A DNA stretch of 64,000 nt from assembly GCA_040954595.2 (NCBI GenBank), contig CM082587.2, forward strand, positions 4,668,093 through 4,732,092. The letters run 5' to 3'. This document shows positions 61,401 to 64,000 of the stretch, piece by piece. Position 1 is the stretch's first letter; each line of letters begins with the position of its first letter. Under the pieces are notes generated by a model. That model had not been told where the DNA came from and searched no databases. It worked only from the letters and a program-made list of their open reading frames with translations. Source of the DNA: Balanoglossus misakiensis. Lineage: Eukaryota > Animalia > Hemichordata. A program made the position numbers and the translations under genes.

Positions 61401-62299
61401 TTGTACGGGCCTATCTCCCATTTGACGTCGCATGGCGCTGGCTCGTACACGACTTGGGTCTGCAGATGAAAGTAGCATACAAAACAATTGACACATATCG
61501 CATATTTCGATGACTATGCTCAAAAGTAAATGTTGAATCAAAACCAAGCGAACAATCGCGCAGTTTAACTATACTTTTGAACGTGTGTTGTTGGCGAAAA
61601 CGGGGATGGTAAAATTAAAGCAATCGTCACGGGTTATTTTACTCAATTTAACAATTGAGATACAAGCGCCTGCACAGTGTATGTATAGATTGTTCGTCAT
61701 AATTCCTGACAGCTCACGATTCCATGCTTCAAAGCCTCGCGTGAAGTTTTTGTCGATATAGACATTGAAAGGACAAGATTCCTGCTTGTTGTCTTCCGTC
61801 CCCTGAGGAGGAAATTAAATGGACCGGGGAATGGAATATTCTCGACAGGCAAAGCAGTTAGAAGTCGACTGCGTTGTTTCTATTCGATGACACAGTAGAC
61901 GAACGTGCTTGCATGCACGGTAAAAGTTGGACACTTCTTTGACAAATTGAGCCCCCCCCCATCAATTGATTTCCCGTTAAGATGCTTTCGCAGAAACTAA
62001 TGCGACCAACTTTGATTGATACCTCCGGCATGCATCGTTTCAGTACTCCTTCATCGTTCATTGTTTCGCGATAAAAGATTTGCAAACACAACAGAGTGGA
62101 ACTGCACCGGTTCTCGGTAATCAACTACTGAGCCGTCCGCCGATTTCAGAAAGACTGCACTTAACAACCTCAACCAAGGGTGTCGATAGTGTTTCTCGCC
62201 TTCCATGTCTTAAATGGGAAACATCTGAAATACAGATCTTACCTTGCTCAGAGTAATGGACAGATACAATAAAACCAAACAACAACGAATCACTTCCAT
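47346..62299 (-). CDS. GRL101-like (LGR type C) LDLa/LRR G-protein coupled receptor with a giant mosaic ectodomain and a C-terminal pseudokinase C-lobe
   Basis: More than 35 exons: signal (62299-62243 or 63385-63320), EGF, cbEGF (DIDEC), 4 LDLa (60.8-59.7 kb), fucolectin (59.6-58.6 kb), EGFs, CTL, CUB, unknown domain, 2 CUB, CTL, degenerate CTL, 7 LDLa (52.2-50.6 kb), LRRNT + five ~72-nt LRR exons (50.5-49.3 kb), 7TM exon 49078-48060, tail exons 47867-47659 and 47543-47346. A few internal junctions (57.6-55.6 kb) are not resolved. Confidence 0.88.
48060..49078 (-). other. Hinge + rhodopsin-type 7TM exon of gene F
   Basis: [13 protein letters not shown] hinge, [44 protein letters not shown]: LGR/RXFP/GRL101 hallmarks. 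Confidence 0.95.
55436..55497. repeat. (AAC)n microsatellite, intronic, next to a splice acceptor
   Basis: About 20 units; source of the poly-Cys and poly-Asn pseudo-ORFs. Confidence 0.97.
57360..57390 (-). repeat. Second copy of the dispersed repeat fragment at 25272
   Basis: GTCTCAAATTTGAAATTCAAAATGGC is the exact reverse complement of the 25.3-kb core. Confidence 0.55.
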
Positions 62300-63319
62300 A
62301 GTGGTCTTTGTCGAAATTTTGGCCGATGTTCCGTCACACACTTATAGGGCCCGTATTTGTGTGATCAGTCCTTTTGTTCAGAATCCGCGTATAAGAATGA
62401 ATGCGGTATGTTTTAGTACGCAAGAGATGATTTCAGTAATTGTATTTTTGTAGATTATCGAAGTCCTACCCCCACAAACGAATACATAATTACATTAGTT
62501 GTGCAGTGATCACGTGACAGGCATTTCCACGAACCTTCGAAAAAAAAACAATTTTGTCAAATCTTGATAAACCCTCCATTAATGTACTTTTGATGTATGC
62601 GCCCAAAGTCATATTTAGATAGTTTTGACGATTCTACAGGCTTGTTCAGGGAGAGTGTCATGGCTTCGAGGGTTGTGGGTACGGTACGTGTGCTGTCAAA
62701 CGTACGCGGGGTGTCAGAGTTGTCAAATGCGACTACGAGAGTTGTGAAAGTGCGATTCCAAATAAACAACGGGAGGTCGTGAGATGAAAATGCGGGTACA
62801 CTGACCTTGATAAATCGCCATCTAATTACAAATTATCGTCTTTAGTAGGAAAGTACGCCATTGACTTCGATTGTCAAATTACGTTCAAAAGGTCCAGTGT
62901 CGCTCAAAGCACAAAGGTGTGTTCTTCTCTTGTTATTCCGATAATTTACAGTTAAACATGTTGGCTTATAGCCGATCCAAGTTAAGTGGACAATGTACTT
63001 GGCCCCTGAGAGAGCGCGTTTTGATTACAAATTAAAGGAGTATTAAGATGGCAAACAGGCAATTGTCATTCTCGATTTTTACTGTAAAAAGGATGATATC
63101 GCATCTATGACCAGTCACCTCTTCAATCAGATTTGGTTGTGATAGCCCGGCCGCAAAATTCCCGTTCCGCACAAGTAACGCGCATTGCACTAATCGTCCG
63201 ATGAGTTACCGTTCTCACAAGAGTTCAGTCATCATGTATCCGGCAGCGTCCATGCAAATGACCAGCATCAGTAGTAAGCGCTTGCATTAATTAAGGAAAG
63301 TCTAAAATCCAAGTCTTAC

Positions 63320-63385
63320 CTTGCACGGGGCAAATAACAAACTCAGCTGGAGCAGAATTAAACCAAATATTGCACGTTTACCCAT
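63320..63385 (-). CDS. Candidate alternative first (signal-peptide) exon of gene F
   Basis: MGKRAIFGLILLQLSLLFAPCK ending AAG|gtaaga, phase 0, compatible with the exon starting at 61459. Confidence 0.5.
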
Positions 63386-64000
63386 GCTAATTTCTGCCCA
63401 TGTTCATCTTTGAAATCATTCCCAGGCCCGACTTTGCGCAGACTTTATAGAGCGACAGGTTAGTCTGCAATAATAGTCGCAGGTGGTAAATTATGGAATG
63501 TACGGTCGAATAGGCTGACGAAAATACCCCTGGGTGTTATTTGAAGAGCGCATTGAGAGACCATCTTTGCAGTAATACCTTGCTATTTGTTACATATTTC
63601 ACGCAAGTGGGTATTAACGAAAGCACACGCCTCCAGATATGTTGTTCACAAGTGCTTTGATAGATTTTTTTCGCTCGAAGGAATAACGCACTCTCCATTC
63701 GACATATCATTCACAAAATGTTGTTGCCGAATATTGGTCAACCCACGTATGTAGAGCCAACAAAAGCACTTATGTTGTTTTGAGATTACAGTTTTTCGAG
63801 GAATAGTATATTTTGTACATTTTTGCCAAAGGGTCTATTCGTAAGATAATAATTACCGCTTTCTCTGCTTCGTATCGCACAAAGCTCGACCGATTCTTTG
63901 TAAGCTATATTTGTGACACCATAGTGCATTTTATTCGAGTTGTGTTGCCCGCCCCCCTCCCCCTCTCCCCCGTTCATCCCAAAGTATACGGTAAACCTGA

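Noticed and set aside
61718-61802. Candidate extra GPCR exon (cag|GGGACG..ATC|gtgag)
   Set aside because: Its 85-nt length breaks frame between either signal exon and exon 61459; unresolved without transcripts

Overview
Intron-rich animal genomic DNA, probably from a marine invertebrate (inferred from the gene families, the microsatellites and the patchy CpG content). I assembled gene models by hand from splice signals and reading-frame phase. (A) 237-3669 +: 3' part of a gene encoding an IRAK/Pelle-like non-RD kinase, a Cys/His finger and a metacaspase/prokaryote-type C14 protease with an intact His-Cys dyad. (B) 6346-9683 -: a 492-aa adaptor with a CARD and three death domains, whose first intron is GC-AG. 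(C) 10146-18607 +: a raw/olrn-1 homologue with an (EF-hand + NDT-like) unit repeated twice; it is divergent from B across a 462-bp CpG-rich gap carrying kB-like sites. (D) ~21.2-41.1 kb -: a secreted EGF-LDLa2-CCP5-LamG/pentraxin-like protein. (E) 44807-46867 +: an intronless 686-aa basic, disordered orphan ORF. (F) 47346 to 62299 or 63385 -: a giant GRL101-like LDLa/LRR GPCR with EGF, fucolectin, C-type lectin and CUB modules, and a degenerate kinase C-lobe on its cytoplasmic tail. The best candidates for undescribed biology are the kinase-finger-metacaspase fusion beside the CARD-3xDD adaptor and raw (a possible immune/cell-death module) and the GPCR-pseudokinase fusion. No database searches were run, so novelty is unverified.
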